Part shown: in pieces, positions 28,055 through 37,382 of the stretch
How the letters are laid out: every line of letters begins with the position of its first letter
Numbering within the stretch: position 1 is the first letter of the stretch
NCBI GenBank assembly: GCA_036960375.1
Contig: JBALVY010000001.1
Coordinates: 42,293-106,292, forward strand
Direction of reading: 5' to 3'
Length of the DNA: 64,000 nt
From: Pseudomonadales bacterium
GTDB lineage: Bacteria > Pseudomonadota > Gammaproteobacteria > Pseudomonadales > CAWVSB01
Notes under the pieces: model-generated
What the model was told of the DNA's origin: nothing
Database searches by the model: none
The model's input: the letters and a program-made list of their open reading frames with translations, nothing else
Position numbers and translations under genes: made by a program

Positions 28055-29866
28055 ATGAGCGATCTGATTTCGGAGCTAAAACGTCGTAATGTATTTCGCG
28101 TAGCAGTCGCCTATGTGGTACTTGGATGGGTCGTAATCCAGTTTACCGACATCGCAGTCCCCGCCTTGTTATTGCCAGAATGGGTACCCACTCTGGTGAT
28201 GTTTCTGGGCCTAATAGGTCTGCCTTTTGCTATTTTGTTTGCCTGGGCTTTTGAACTCACTCCGGCAGGCCTAAAGCGCTCTTCAGAGGTAAGCGCGGAG
28301 GAATCTATCGCCGCCGATACCTCGCGTAAACTAGAACATGCGGTCGTTGTATTGCTGGTCATCGCGATCGCCATCCTTATCTGGGACCGAGGCAGCAGCT
28401 CACCTGATGCGATAGAGAGTCCTTCCCAAGCAGATGTTCAGGTTATAGAGAAGCTTGAAATCGAAAAGTCTATAGCCGTCTTACCTTTCGTCAACATGTC
28501 GGACGACAAAGACTACTTTGCCGATGGCCTAACTGAAGAGCTGTTAAATCTTCTGGCGAAAAACAGGCAGCTAAAGGTGGCTGGCCGCACTTCCAGTTTT
28601 GCATTTAAGGGTAAAAATTCAGACCTCCGTGAGATAGGTGCCGCCTTGGGCGTGGCCAACGTACTGGAGGGATCTGTGCGCCGCTCGGGAGACAGATTAC
28701 GAATCACCGCCCAGCTGATTAACGTAGCAGACGGCTACCACCTGTGGTCTGAAACCTATGACAAAAACATGTCTGATATATTTGATATCCAGGACGAAGT
28801 GGCCGCGGCCATTATCAGTGCATTGCACATTACACTTTCAAGCGATGAAACCGCGGTGCGAGATAGACCCACCGATAATCTTGAAGCCTATACTAGTTAC
28901 CTCGAAGGGCTAGCTTTTAACTATAATCTTACGGAGGATCGTCAGGCGCTAATACGCTTTGAACAGGCCATCATACATGACCCGGAGTTTGCCTTGGCCT
29001 GGGAGGCCAGGGCAATGACGGCCTACGGCATGGTCGGTTACGAGAACGGCCGTCAAAGTGAAAACATGCTCAGAGCCCATGAATATGCGCTTGACGCACT
29101 CACTGTTGACCCCAATCTACCTCTTGCCCGGGCCGTGGAAGTTGCCTCACGCGGGGATGATTACGACTGGTATAACGAAATTATTGCCTTTGAGCAGGCC
29201 GCTCATGATGCCCCAGAGCGGGGAGAAGGCTATGCGTTTATCGTATGGAGTTTGGTCGAAGCGGGATATTTAGTCGAATCCCTTGAAATTGCGTTGCATG
29301 CCATCAGAATTGACCCGTTAAACCCAGTCAATTTAGGACGACATGGGGTCGCCTTACGAGCAAATGGAAGGTTAACAGAAGCCCGGCAACAGCTGGAAAA
29401 ATCCATGGCGGGTGGAACTGAAGAATCGGTTTATTTCTATTTTGTTGACCGAATTATTGCTGGTGATATAGAAGCAGCGATCCTTGCCTACGAGGCCCAC
29501 GCGGATGCAGCAGGAATAGATTTGGCCGATTTTAGGCCGCTGATTGAAGCCGATTTCAACGGTGAGCGTTTAACGCCAGAAAAGGCGGCGACCCTGTCCC
29601 TGGGAATAAACATCGGCGCCTTGCTAGACTTTGCCCGAGGCAGAAAAGATGAATTCTATGATTATCTATTTTTGTCCAATTTAGGCGACGCCATGACAGC
29701 AGCGGACTTATTAGTCTACATCGCCATGACCTTCCCTGAGCAGGGCTTTACTTCTCACCCGCGTTTTTTAGAGCTTGCCACTAGTCTCGATATGGTAGGT
29801 CTATGGGAAAAACGTGGTGCGCCGGACATGTGCTCGAAACAGACCGGAGAATGGGCCTGTAAATAA
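28055..29866 (+). CDS. Membrane-anchored protein with a TolB-N/FlgO-like module and TPR repeats
   Basis: N-terminal ELKRRNVFRVAVAYVVLGWVVIQ TM module, then SIAVLPFVNMSDDKDYFADGLTEELLNLLAK...GSVRRSGDRLRITAQLI, then a TPR-like C-terminal half. Confidence 0.6.
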   Translation: MSDLISELKRRNVFRVAVAYVVLGWVVIQFTDIAVPALLLPEWVPTLVMFLGLIGLPFAILFAWAFELTPAGLKRSSEVSAEESIAADTSRKLEHAVVVLLVIAIAILIWDRGSSSPDAIESPSQADVQVIEKLEIEKSIAVLPFVNMSDDKDYFADGLTEELLNLLAKNRQLKVAGRTSSFAFKGKNSDLREIGAALGVANVLEGSVRRSGDRLRITAQLINVADGYHLWSETYDKNMSDIFDIQDEVAAAIISALHITLSSDETAVRDRPTDNLEAYTSYLEGLAFNYNLTEDRQALIRFEQAIIHDPEFALAWEARAMTAYGMVGYENGRQSENMLRAHEYALDALTVDPNLPLARAVEVASRGDDYDWYNEIIAFEQAAHDAPERGEGYAFIVWSLVEAGYLVESLEIALHAIRIDPLNPVNLGRHGVALRANGRLTEARQQLEKSMAGGTEESVYFYFVDRIIAGDIEAAILAYEAHADAAGIDLADFRPLIEADFNGERLTPEKAATLSLGINIGALLDFARGRKDEFYDYLFLSNLGDAMTAADLLVYIAMTFPEQGFTSHPRFLELATSLDMVGLWEKRGAPDMCSKQTGEWACK

Positions 29867-29937
29867 TAGACATCAGTATTGGCAGCGGTCATAGCGAGGG
29901 GCATTTTTCGCCCTCGCCCTAAAGACCTATCTGAATT

Positions 29938-30014
29938 TGGCGCCCCCGGAGAGATTCGAACTCCCGACCAACCGGTTCGAAGCCGGTTACTCTATCCAGC
30001 TGAGCTACGGAGGC
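29938..30014 (-). tRNA. tRNA-Arg (anticodon UCG)
   Basis: The reverse complement folds as a cloverleaf by hand: GCCTCCG TA GCTC AGCTGGATA GAGT A ACCGG CTTCGAA CCGGT TGGTC GGGAG TTCGAAT CTCTC CGGGGGC G CCA. 77 nt with encoded CCA. Confidence 0.9.
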
Positions 30015-30062
30015 AGGCCGCCATCCTACACTATTTTTTCATGAAATTGTTTATCAAATTAC

Positions 30063-30087
30063 AAAAAAAGGCACCCCGAAAGGTGCC
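30063..30087 (-). terminator. Rho-independent terminator of the minus-strand receptor gene
   Basis: Minus strand reads GGCACC-TTTCGG-GGTGCC followed by TTTTTTT, 24 bp after the stop of 30111..32594. Confidence 0.7.
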
Positions 30088-30110
30088 CTTGATTTGGCTT
30101 GCGGTTTACC

Positions 30111-32594
30111 CTAGTTGTATAGGTAGGTCAAGGTCAGACCATAGGTGCGAGGCGCTCCATAGGTAGACCAGGATGTAACACCCAGAGACTGCAGTGACGA
30201 TGTATCAACGATTACGAACTCCTCGTCGGTGAGGTTTTTTCCCCACAGCGACAGGCTAAGTTCACCTTTGAGAACCTCGATACCATAGAGATTAAAATTG
30301 GCATTAAGCAGGCCGTAGCTATCAATGTTACGGTTATCCGCCACATTGATGGATGTGACCATTTCATCCTGGTGGGTATAGCCGATATGGCTTGCCAGCT
30401 TAACGCGGCCAATTTCTACGTCGTGATCCAGAGACAAGGTATAGCTGTTTTCTGGCGCATAGGCGATTTGCTCGGTAAGAACTGTGGTTTGCCATTCACC
30501 AGTAGAGAGTAATGTGTCCAGCGTTTTCGCACCAAGCTCAGTATCAAGATGTCCGTAATTAAACGCGACCCTTAGTCTCTCGGTAATCAACCAGGTTACA
30601 TCGAGCTCAATACCCTTAATCTTGGTACCGTCGATACCAGCGAAATCTCGGGCTCCAGCATTGGCTCCTGTCTGAACACTGGCCTGGAATCCATCGATGT
30701 CCATATTGAATAAGGCCGCGTTCAGGCGCAAACGGTTGTTCGCCAATTGACCCTTATAGCCAAGCTCATAGGACAAAATTTCTTCGGGTTCAAAACCAAG
30801 GGCAAAGTTTATCGGGTTGGCGGAGCGTGTAGAAGTACCACCTGATTTATAACCCTCCACAATTTTGAAGTACATATTCATATCGTCATTGAAGTCGTAA
30901 GCGATCGTCAATGCAGGATTGAACTGAGAAAAGTCCTGCTGATAACTTGCCCCCTCAATGACGCCAGTGTCATTCCCTACACAGGTTTGAGGCGCCAGGC
31001 CTTGTGCATTGAAATAGGCACAGTTCGCCGAGGTAAACCCGCCTAATTCGGCAAACGTATAGGAACCTTCGTTCACTCTGCTCGCTTCTCGCTCATCCTT
31101 GGAATAACGAGCGCCTAAAGTAATATGCAAACTATCCTGCAATGCATTGGGAGTCCAGGTAGCCTGACCAAAAATAGCCTTGGAAGTATTTTCAGATGTG
31201 GTGGGTACACCTCCGTTGCCGGGCGTTGGACCCTGAATACTCTCACCACCTAAAGTATCGTTAGTGGCCTCATCCTTGTAATAGTAAAGCCCACCGACAT
31301 AATCCAGGCCTCCACCAAACAGCTCGGTATCACCGATGAATTGAAATTCTTGGGAGAATTGATCGAACTCAGTTAAAGGCGCCGATGCAGTCAAGGCATA
31401 GCTCTCGTGAGGAAAACCAAAACCCGGCGGGTATTGTGCGAAAAAATTGTAATTATCGTCACCCGGTACATTGGTGGGGAAATCATTTTCGCCTAAAAGG
31501 TGGGTAGAAATCGCACCTTGTACCATTGGAGTACCATCATGATGCTGGGCAGACTCAAAGCTTCTGTAACCCGTGATAGATTTAATAGTCCAGCTTTCCG
31601 ACACATTCCAGGCCATATTTAGTGCAGCGCCTTCGGTTTCAAGCTTGTTGGCCAGCTGTGCTCTGTATGGCATGGCCTTATCAATTCGGCTATCTGATGA
31701 AGGCTGACTGAATTCGGTTTCAAGCCAGGATCTACCGTACCCGTATGCCGGCCCCAGAAAATAGGGATCAGTAACAGGAAACAGAACTTCTCCTCCCTTG
31801 GTCTGTTCAAAGCTGGTGCTGTCCTCATTAGTAGAATTATCGTAGGAAAGATCCATTAAGAAATCGTCTGAAAATTCAACTCGGAAATCCGCCCGCCAAC
31901 CTGTGCGATCGTGGGTTCCCCAGTCTTCACCTACCCCTAGGTTCTCTACCAAGCCATCGCGCTTCGAATACAAGCCCGATAGCTTCAATGCGGCCTTTTC
32001 TCCCATCGGGATATTGAATGAAGTCTTGGCTTTTTGGGCGCCAAGATTACCTGCCTCCAATACCTGCTTGAACTTAAACTCTCCCAGAGTGGGTTTTGCA
32101 GAACGCAGACTTACAGCACCACCTGTTGCATTACGCCCGTACAAGGTACCTTGCGGACCACGCAGAACTTCAACCTGTTCTAGGTCGGTCATTTCCAAAC
32201 TGGAACCGATACTGGTACCTACATAGACACCATCCATGTAGAGGGCGACTGACGGATCTTGCGTAAGCTGCACATCATTTTGCCCGATACCGCGAATAAA
32301 CAGACGGACACTTGATGGATCGGTATTGAACGGATTAACCGTCATGTTCGGCACTTTGCCTGACAAATCTTCAATACCAAAGATTCTCAAGGTTTGCAGT
32401 GCTTTGGTATCAAATACGGCCAATGAAATGGGAACATCTTGCAACGACTGTTCGCGTTTTTCTGCGGTAACAATCACTTCCTCAAGCATAAAGTCATCTG
32501 CGGCTAATGCGGCAGATGCCGCAGTCAAACCGGCAACAGCGATAGCTAGGCTCAATGGAGTTTTATTCAGACAATAGCGGTTCTTGCTCTTCAT
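30111..32594 (-). CDS. TonB-dependent outer-membrane receptor (827 aa)
   Basis: Signal peptide. Plug region MLEEVIVTAEKREQSLQDVPISLAVF and RGPQGTLYGRNATGGAV. Beta-barrel. Confidence 0.85.
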   Translation of the reverse strand: MKSKNRYCLNKTPLSLAIAVAGLTAASAALAADDFMLEEVIVTAEKREQSLQDVPISLAVFDTKALQTLRIFGIEDLSGKVPNMTVNPFNTDPSSVRLFIRGIGQNDVQLTQDPSVALYMDGVYVGTSIGSSLEMTDLEQVEVLRGPQGTLYGRNATGGAVSLRSAKPTLGEFKFKQVLEAGNLGAQKAKTSFNIPMGEKAALKLSGLYSKRDGLVENLGVGEDWGTHDRTGWRADFRVEFSDDFLMDLSYDNSTNEDSTSFEQTKGGEVLFPVTDPYFLGPAYGYGRSWLETEFSQPSSDSRIDKAMPYRAQLANKLETEGAALNMAWNVSESWTIKSITGYRSFESAQHHDGTPMVQGAISTHLLGENDFPTNVPGDDNYNFFAQYPPGFGFPHESYALTASAPLTEFDQFSQEFQFIGDTELFGGGLDYVGGLYYYKDEATNDTLGGESIQGPTPGNGGVPTTSENTSKAIFGQATWTPNALQDSLHITLGARYSKDEREASRVNEGSYTFAELGGFTSANCAYFNAQGLAPQTCVGNDTGVIEGASYQQDFSQFNPALTIAYDFNDDMNMYFKIVEGYKSGGTSTRSANPINFALGFEPEEILSYELGYKGQLANNRLRLNAALFNMDIDGFQASVQTGANAGARDFAGIDGTKIKGIELDVTWLITERLRVAFNYGHLDTELGAKTLDTLLSTGEWQTTVLTEQIAYAPENSYTLSLDHDVEIGRVKLASHIGYTHQDEMVTSINVADNRNIDSYGLLNANFNLYGIEVLKGELSLSLWGKNLTDEEFVIVDTSSLQSLGVTSWSTYGAPRTYGLTLTYLYN

Positions 32595-33012
32595 AGTTCT
32601 ACCCTCTCTAATTAGTGTTATCTATATATTTTTATTAACTAATTTATTCGGTCTAGATGACTACATAGGCGCCCCTCAATTAAAATCGAGGTTAACCATC
32701 ACAAATGGATAGTTCAAAATGCTCTTATCCACGATGGATTATGATGGTAGATGGCATCTATCAGGGGTAATATAGGCCACATTAGTCATTGATGTCGATC
32801 AACACCACCGCACATTACAAAGGGGTAATCTATAAAAATGCCAATAGGCATCACCCCCTCTATACATAGGCCTCCTCAAACATTCGACTTCATCGAGAAA
32901 TCTCCCCACCTGGACAAAATACGTCAGTCAATCCCGTCCTCCCAGCACATTGAGCAAAACCGACCGCCAGGTAGTTACCCGTTTACTGGAAGAGCATGTT
33001 GACGCAATAGAA

Positions 33013-33921
33013 TTAATCCCAGCGATAGGTCCAACCCACCGATAAGGCATCCGAGTCATTACCGACTCGAGTTAAGGCCCCAGTATGAGCAGATAACTTA
33101 ATAGCATGTTGACGGTTAAGTGTGATGCCCCAGGTTATTCCCAAACGAGATTTATCCTCTTGTGGAGGCAATGGGCTGCCACCGACCTCCATATCACCGC
33201 CAATAAAAATATTGGCATCAAAGGCCAGCCAATGTCTGCGCGCAATATCGTAGATCAGATGGGTCTGCAGATTGTATACTGGATCCTGCTGCATCTCCTC
33301 ACCCAGGTAATCATCATTCTCGGAAAATATTTTGACGCTGGCGGCAAACTCAATACTCCATTTTCTCCAGGGTATCGACACCCCTATTCCGGGTTTAATA
33401 AACCATCTATTAGCACCAATATTAATGAGCTTATCGCTTTCATAACCACCGGTAGGTACGCTCACTTGCAGACTGACCCCCGCGGCGATCTGTTTTTCAG
33501 CGGCTGCAAATTGTTGCAGGCTCAAGGCAGGCGAACCCAAAAAGTTATAAGAAAAACGCAGTCGTAAATCTCCCTGGGTACAGGCATCGCGAGTAATAGG
33601 CTCACCGTCGAGCAGAGCACTGCCACTGATACAACTATAGTGAATATTGCCGTCGACCTTGGCGAGTTTATCTCCTAGTGACATGGTTCTAAAATAAGCC
33701 ACCACCAGACCAGTATATTTCAGGTTACCGTCTTCAAGCGGAAGATCCCCTGCGGGGTTAACCGCACCTTCAGTGTAGCCATAGACCATACCGAGGAAAT
33801 TTTGATCAATAGGGATATTAGTATAGATGCGAGGTTCTAACTCCTGCGCCCCTGCAGAAAGCGCCACTGCGGACAACGCCGATACCGCCGCCTTGCCTAA
33901 ATACCGGGTAAATCTTTTCAT
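33013..33921 (-). CDS. Outer-membrane channel of the MetA-pathway (phenol degradation)-like transporter family
   Basis: Signal peptide ending AGA|QE. Family-typical start LEPRIYTNIPIDQNFLGMVYGY. C-terminal GWTYRWD. Confidence 0.6.
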   Translation of the reverse strand: MKRFTRYLGKAAVSALSAVALSAGAQELEPRIYTNIPIDQNFLGMVYGYTEGAVNPAGDLPLEDGNLKYTGLVVAYFRTMSLGDKLAKVDGNIHYSCISGSALLDGEPITRDACTQGDLRLRFSYNFLGSPALSLQQFAAAEKQIAAGVSLQVSVPTGGYESDKLINIGANRWFIKPGIGVSIPWRKWSIEFAASVKIFSENDDYLGEEMQQDPVYNLQTHLIYDIARRHWLAFDANIFIGGDMEVGGSPLPPQEDKSRLGITWGITLNRQHAIKLSAHTGALTRVGNDSDALSVGWTYRWD

Positions 33922-34148
33922 CGTTTTTCTTATGCCTTATTACATAGAATCCTTATTACACATCAATGCAACCATAACGTAAGCTGCTAGCCTACGACAA
34001 CATCAATAATCGTCAATATCTAAAGCAGGATTGCCCCTAATGAGCCGCGAGGTCAAACATACAGAGGCCATTACCTCCATTCAGCTCGGCTTCTGAGCCA
34101 CCAGATAAATAATACTGTATAATAGCCATCCTCTATTAACCCCTTCTA

Positions 34149-35393
34149 TTGGTGGCACTCATCAACCCCTCTACACGAATCAACTGGCGAGCTGCAGCAG
34201 CGGCATACTTTTTCCTCAGCGCCCTGATAGGCTTTATGCTCGGTGTTTCTGTCACCGAAAAGCCACCGATGACCAGCGACGACATACTTATCATGGCCTA
34301 CTATAGCCTGAGTCTATTTGTGGTCGGGGGGGTAGATCTCGGCACGCCAATCGGCGGCCCTAATATTGCCAGAGCTTTTGTTTGGATGGCCTATTTTGGC
34401 GCGCCTATTCTTGCCGCGACAACCTTAATTGACGTTCTTCTTAGAGCGCTTGCGCCGCAAAGCTGGGAGCTAAAGCGCCTTAGAGGTCATGTTGTCGTAG
34501 TAGGCCCCGGCGAACTGTGCCTTAGCTATCTTCGAGTATTGCGCAAGCATAACCCCAGCGTGCCTGTCCTTGTAGTGTGCCGTGAAATCGAGCAAAGCGC
34601 GGAAGACGAAATTCGACAGAGTTTTGACGCCAAGGTGGTTATCGGAGATATCACTCACAAGTTTTTCCTCAGCCAACTCAAACTCAAGCGCGCTGCAAAA
34701 ATATTATTGTTATGTGAAGATAGCCTTCGCAGCTACGAAGCTGCGAGTATTATCACAACACAAGTCCCCAATATCGGCCATAAAGTCATTGTCCACTGCG
34801 GCAACCTCCGGTTTATGCGCGCCATGATGTCCACCCGAGTAGCGCAAGAATGCCAAACCTTTAATACTTATCATCTCGCGGCTTCAGGGCTTGTACGCAC
34901 ACACTTAATGAAACAATTTGAAGAAACCAAGCCCAAAGACATTGTTGTTCTGGCGGGTTTTGGGCGCTTTGGGCAGACAATTCTGGAAGAACTGCAGGCC
35001 CGGGCACTGGATGAAATGGACACCGTTGTCATCATCGATACAGATGCTCATCGCCGCATTCTGGTTGCAGATGAACAGATGGCGTTTAAACGGGATTACC
35101 GATTGGTTCTTATCGATGGTGATATCTCCCACCCGGAAACCTGGACTGAGGTACGTCAGGCAGTGGAGCTAAACAGCCCCGACACTGTAGTGGTACTGGG
35201 CACTGGACGGGAAGAGGACAACCTGCGTACCGCTTTGTGGTTAAAACAGAAAAACCCCAAAGCCAAGATATTCTCACGCAGCTCTAAGGAATCCGAGTTT
35301 GCCACTGAGGTGGCGCAGGAGAAAGACATAATAGGCATCAGTATTACCCAGCTAGTCGAAGAGAACATTCCGCTTGATTGGGTACAGGTTTAA
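34149..35393 (+). CDS. Membrane protein with a 2-TM pore-like module and two RCK/TrkA-N domains
   Basis: TTG start (uncertain). TM, then AYYSLSLFVVGGVDLGTP, then TM. Two Rossmann motifs, VVVVGPGELC and IVVLAGFGRFGQ. Confidence 0.6.
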   Translation: MVALINPSTRINWRAAAAAYFFLSALIGFMLGVSVTEKPPMTSDDILIMAYYSLSLFVVGGVDLGTPIGGPNIARAFVWMAYFGAPILAATTLIDVLLRALAPQSWELKRLRGHVVVVGPGELCLSYLRVLRKHNPSVPVLVVCREIEQSAEDEIRQSFDAKVVIGDITHKFFLSQLKLKRAAKILLLCEDSLRSYEAASIITTQVPNIGHKVIVHCGNLRFMRAMMSTRVAQECQTFNTYHLAASGLVRTHLMKQFEETKPKDIVVLAGFGRFGQTILEELQARALDEMDTVVIIDTDAHRRILVADEQMAFKRDYRLVLIDGDISHPETWTEVRQAVELNSPDTVVVLGTGREEDNLRTALWLKQKNPKAKIFSRSSKESEFATEVAQEKDIIGISITQLVEENIPLDWVQV

Positions 35394-36538
35394 CGAGAAG
35401 TATCGAGATCTGACTCGGTTGCCATCGGCAGTCCCGTTTCCTGGGCAAAGATGTCACGTAAAATCTGTCGCCACTCTGTATATTGCGAATCCAGAGTTCC
35501 GTCCAGCTTTCGCACTTCTCCCCGTACTTCCATAACGGTAGGTGCCGCTTCATTATTGAAGCCTTGAGCCATCTCCTCCAGGTCCTGTTCCTGAATTTTC
35601 GACCATTTATAAGCGCTATAGGTTTGCTGCATAGAAAAAAACGTGCCGCGACGACTGTCGTTTTCTCTATCAACCATTCGCTGCTGATAGTCCTCCTGAA
35701 AGACCAACATCTCACGGCTGAATTTACGCCATAGCTTGTAGGTAGGTGTCAGTTCTTTATAAAGAGATATGTACTGCTCGTCGATGGTATCGATAAACTG
35801 ATATTCCAGATTTCGTACTTTGTTCACCCGCGCTATCATAGGATCGTTTTTTGCTGGCATCCTCTCGATGACAAAAGTACCGTCGCTAGATTGACTAAGA
35901 TGGCGGCCGAAAGCATCAGGCGACAAGCTGGCGGCATAACGTAAAAAAGCAACATATGCTACATTATTGAGCTGAGCCTCGGTCAGACTACGCCGTGCGG
36001 CGAGCAAATCATTGGCAATTTTTCGATACAAATCGATATAAGGCTCTTCTTCGGCAAGTACTGAATATTCAGCTATCTCGGTCTCATCGATATAAATCTG
36101 ATCCAACCAGACGCGGCCACTGGCGTCCTCGGCCTTGATGTATAGCTCGAGACGCAGGCCGTCTGATCGTATGATTTTTCCAGTAACCAGCAACTCGGCG
36201 GAATGCTCAACCTCGGGAATAACCCTGACCACACCCCAGCTATTTGTATCGATCATTTCTTTGGCTAACAATACGGGAAAATAACGTGCCTCCGCTGCGC
36301 GGATTTTAGGAAACACTCCGCGCCCGGCCTGCAGCTCGGCATCGTCCGAGACGCCCAGATCGAACACAGCCAAGTTAACATCTAGTCGCTCATGCTCTGG
36401 CGTATTTTGTTGGACCTGCAATGCCACTATGCCAACTTTCGGCCTGAGATCTACCTCTTCAACTATTTCGATCTTTTTATGCGATGTTCCGCAAGCGGTC
36501 AGGGCCAAGACAAGAGAAAGCAGCCAGTATTTTCTCAT
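35390..36538 (-). CDS. Lipoprotein of unknown function
   Basis: ATG 36538 gives MRKYWLLSLVLALTAC (lipobox LTAC) and overlaps the upstream stop in ATGA. The track ORF extends to 36586. No family recognised. Confidence 0.5.
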   Translation of the reverse strand: MRKYWLLSLVLALTACGTSHKKIEIVEEVDLRPKVGIVALQVQQNTPEHERLDVNLAVFDLGVSDDAELQAGRGVFPKIRAAEARYFPVLLAKEMIDTNSWGVVRVIPEVEHSAELLVTGKIIRSDGLRLELYIKAEDASGRVWLDQIYIDETEIAEYSVLAEEEPYIDLYRKIANDLLAARRSLTEAQLNNVAYVAFLRYAASLSPDAFGRHLSQSSDGTFVIERMPAKNDPMIARVNKVRNLEYQFIDTIDEQYISLYKELTPTYKLWRKFSREMLVFQEDYQQRMVDRENDSRRGTFFSMQQTYSAYKWSKIQEQDLEEMAQGFNNEAAPTVMEVRGEVRKLDGTLDSQYTEWRQILRDIFAQETGLPMATESDLDTSR

Positions 36539-37245
36539 CGAGACTCCGTAGTACATACCTTGCCTTTGGACAATGTCACTTCGCAACTGATACCGCCATC
36601 GCCTTGTGGCTCATAACGGTTGTAGACTCGATTAACGGTAAAAGGATAGTAAACTCTATCCGAAATGACCGTGGTGGCGACATTCAGTCGGGTTCCCCTT
36701 GGCCCAAGCGTCAAGCGATGACGAATAGTCAGGCCTTCGGGTAATAGAATGGTAAATAGCATTTGGTGGCCACTCCAACCACAGACCTCGGTACCCAGTG
36801 GGTTTACCTTATCTACCGCCGATGACACGTCAAAATCGCAGCTAAGCCGAAAGTTATCTTCCCGCTTGAACTTGATATTTGTTGGGCTTTGCTCAATTTC
36901 AAGTAATTGACTACTGGCGACCATATCGGCCATCTGCGCTAGATCAATCACCGTTGGTCCACCTCTGCCGTTGCCAATCACCATCGCGCCGCCGCTATCC
37001 ACCCGCCGGCTGGAACTTCCACTCTGAGCCAACCTTTCAGCCCGACGCCTTTCTTCCCGCAGGAGGGTGCTTATCTTGCCTTCGATGTCATCGCTTTGCA
37101 GATAGTCCAACGACCAGTAGCCGGTAAAATCAACGTGGCTTGTATTTTCAGCAGCAAAAGAAAACCTGGCCGACAGCAGAGAGCCCGCCAGGCAACAAGC
37201 AAGAATAATGGCACCAAGGCGGAATGTTTTATGGCTCAATTTCAT
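36535..37245 (-). CDS. Exported protein of unknown function (236 aa)
   Basis: Signal peptide MKLSHKTFRLGAIILACCLAGSLLSARFSFA|AE. Four Cys in the mature part. No family recognised. Confidence 0.5.
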   Translation of the reverse strand: MKLSHKTFRLGAIILACCLAGSLLSARFSFAAENTSHVDFTGYWSLDYLQSDDIEGKISTLLREERRRAERLAQSGSSSRRVDSGGAMVIGNGRGGPTVIDLAQMADMVASSQLLEIEQSPTNIKFKREDNFRLSCDFDVSSAVDKVNPLGTEVCGWSGHQMLFTILLPEGLTIRHRLTLGPRGTRLNVATTVISDRVYYPFTVNRVYNRYEPQGDGGISCEVTLSKGKVCTTESR

Positions 37246-37382
37246 ATAGTGCGTCAGTATAACTCAGCTGACTGGATACTCTAGTGGTATCAAGCCAGCT
37301 GTAGCCTAAATTCTGTACTTCAAAGCGGCAAGCTCTATGTCTGTATACTCACCAACACCTGCCGTGATGGCTTGGGCACGAG

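Noticed and set aside
29867-30110. tRNA-Arg as a possible genomic-island integration site
   Set aside because: There is no integrase, no phage or transposon genes, and no repeat of the tRNA 3' end in the flanks. Neighbouring genes look like ordinary chromosomal envelope genes. The 7-bp hairpin at 29894-29917 lacks a U-tract on either strand, so I did not call it a terminator.
32595-33012. Riboswitch (for example cobalamin) or Fur box in the long leader of the receptor gene
   Set aside because: Reading the minus strand, I found no B12-box-like core. The only Fur-like stretch is weak (GATAACACTAATTAG). This is insufficient to call either.
33106-33567. 153-aa plus-strand ORF
   Set aside because: It is antisense to the outer-membrane channel gene 33013..33921. 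It has no SD and no recognisable motif.
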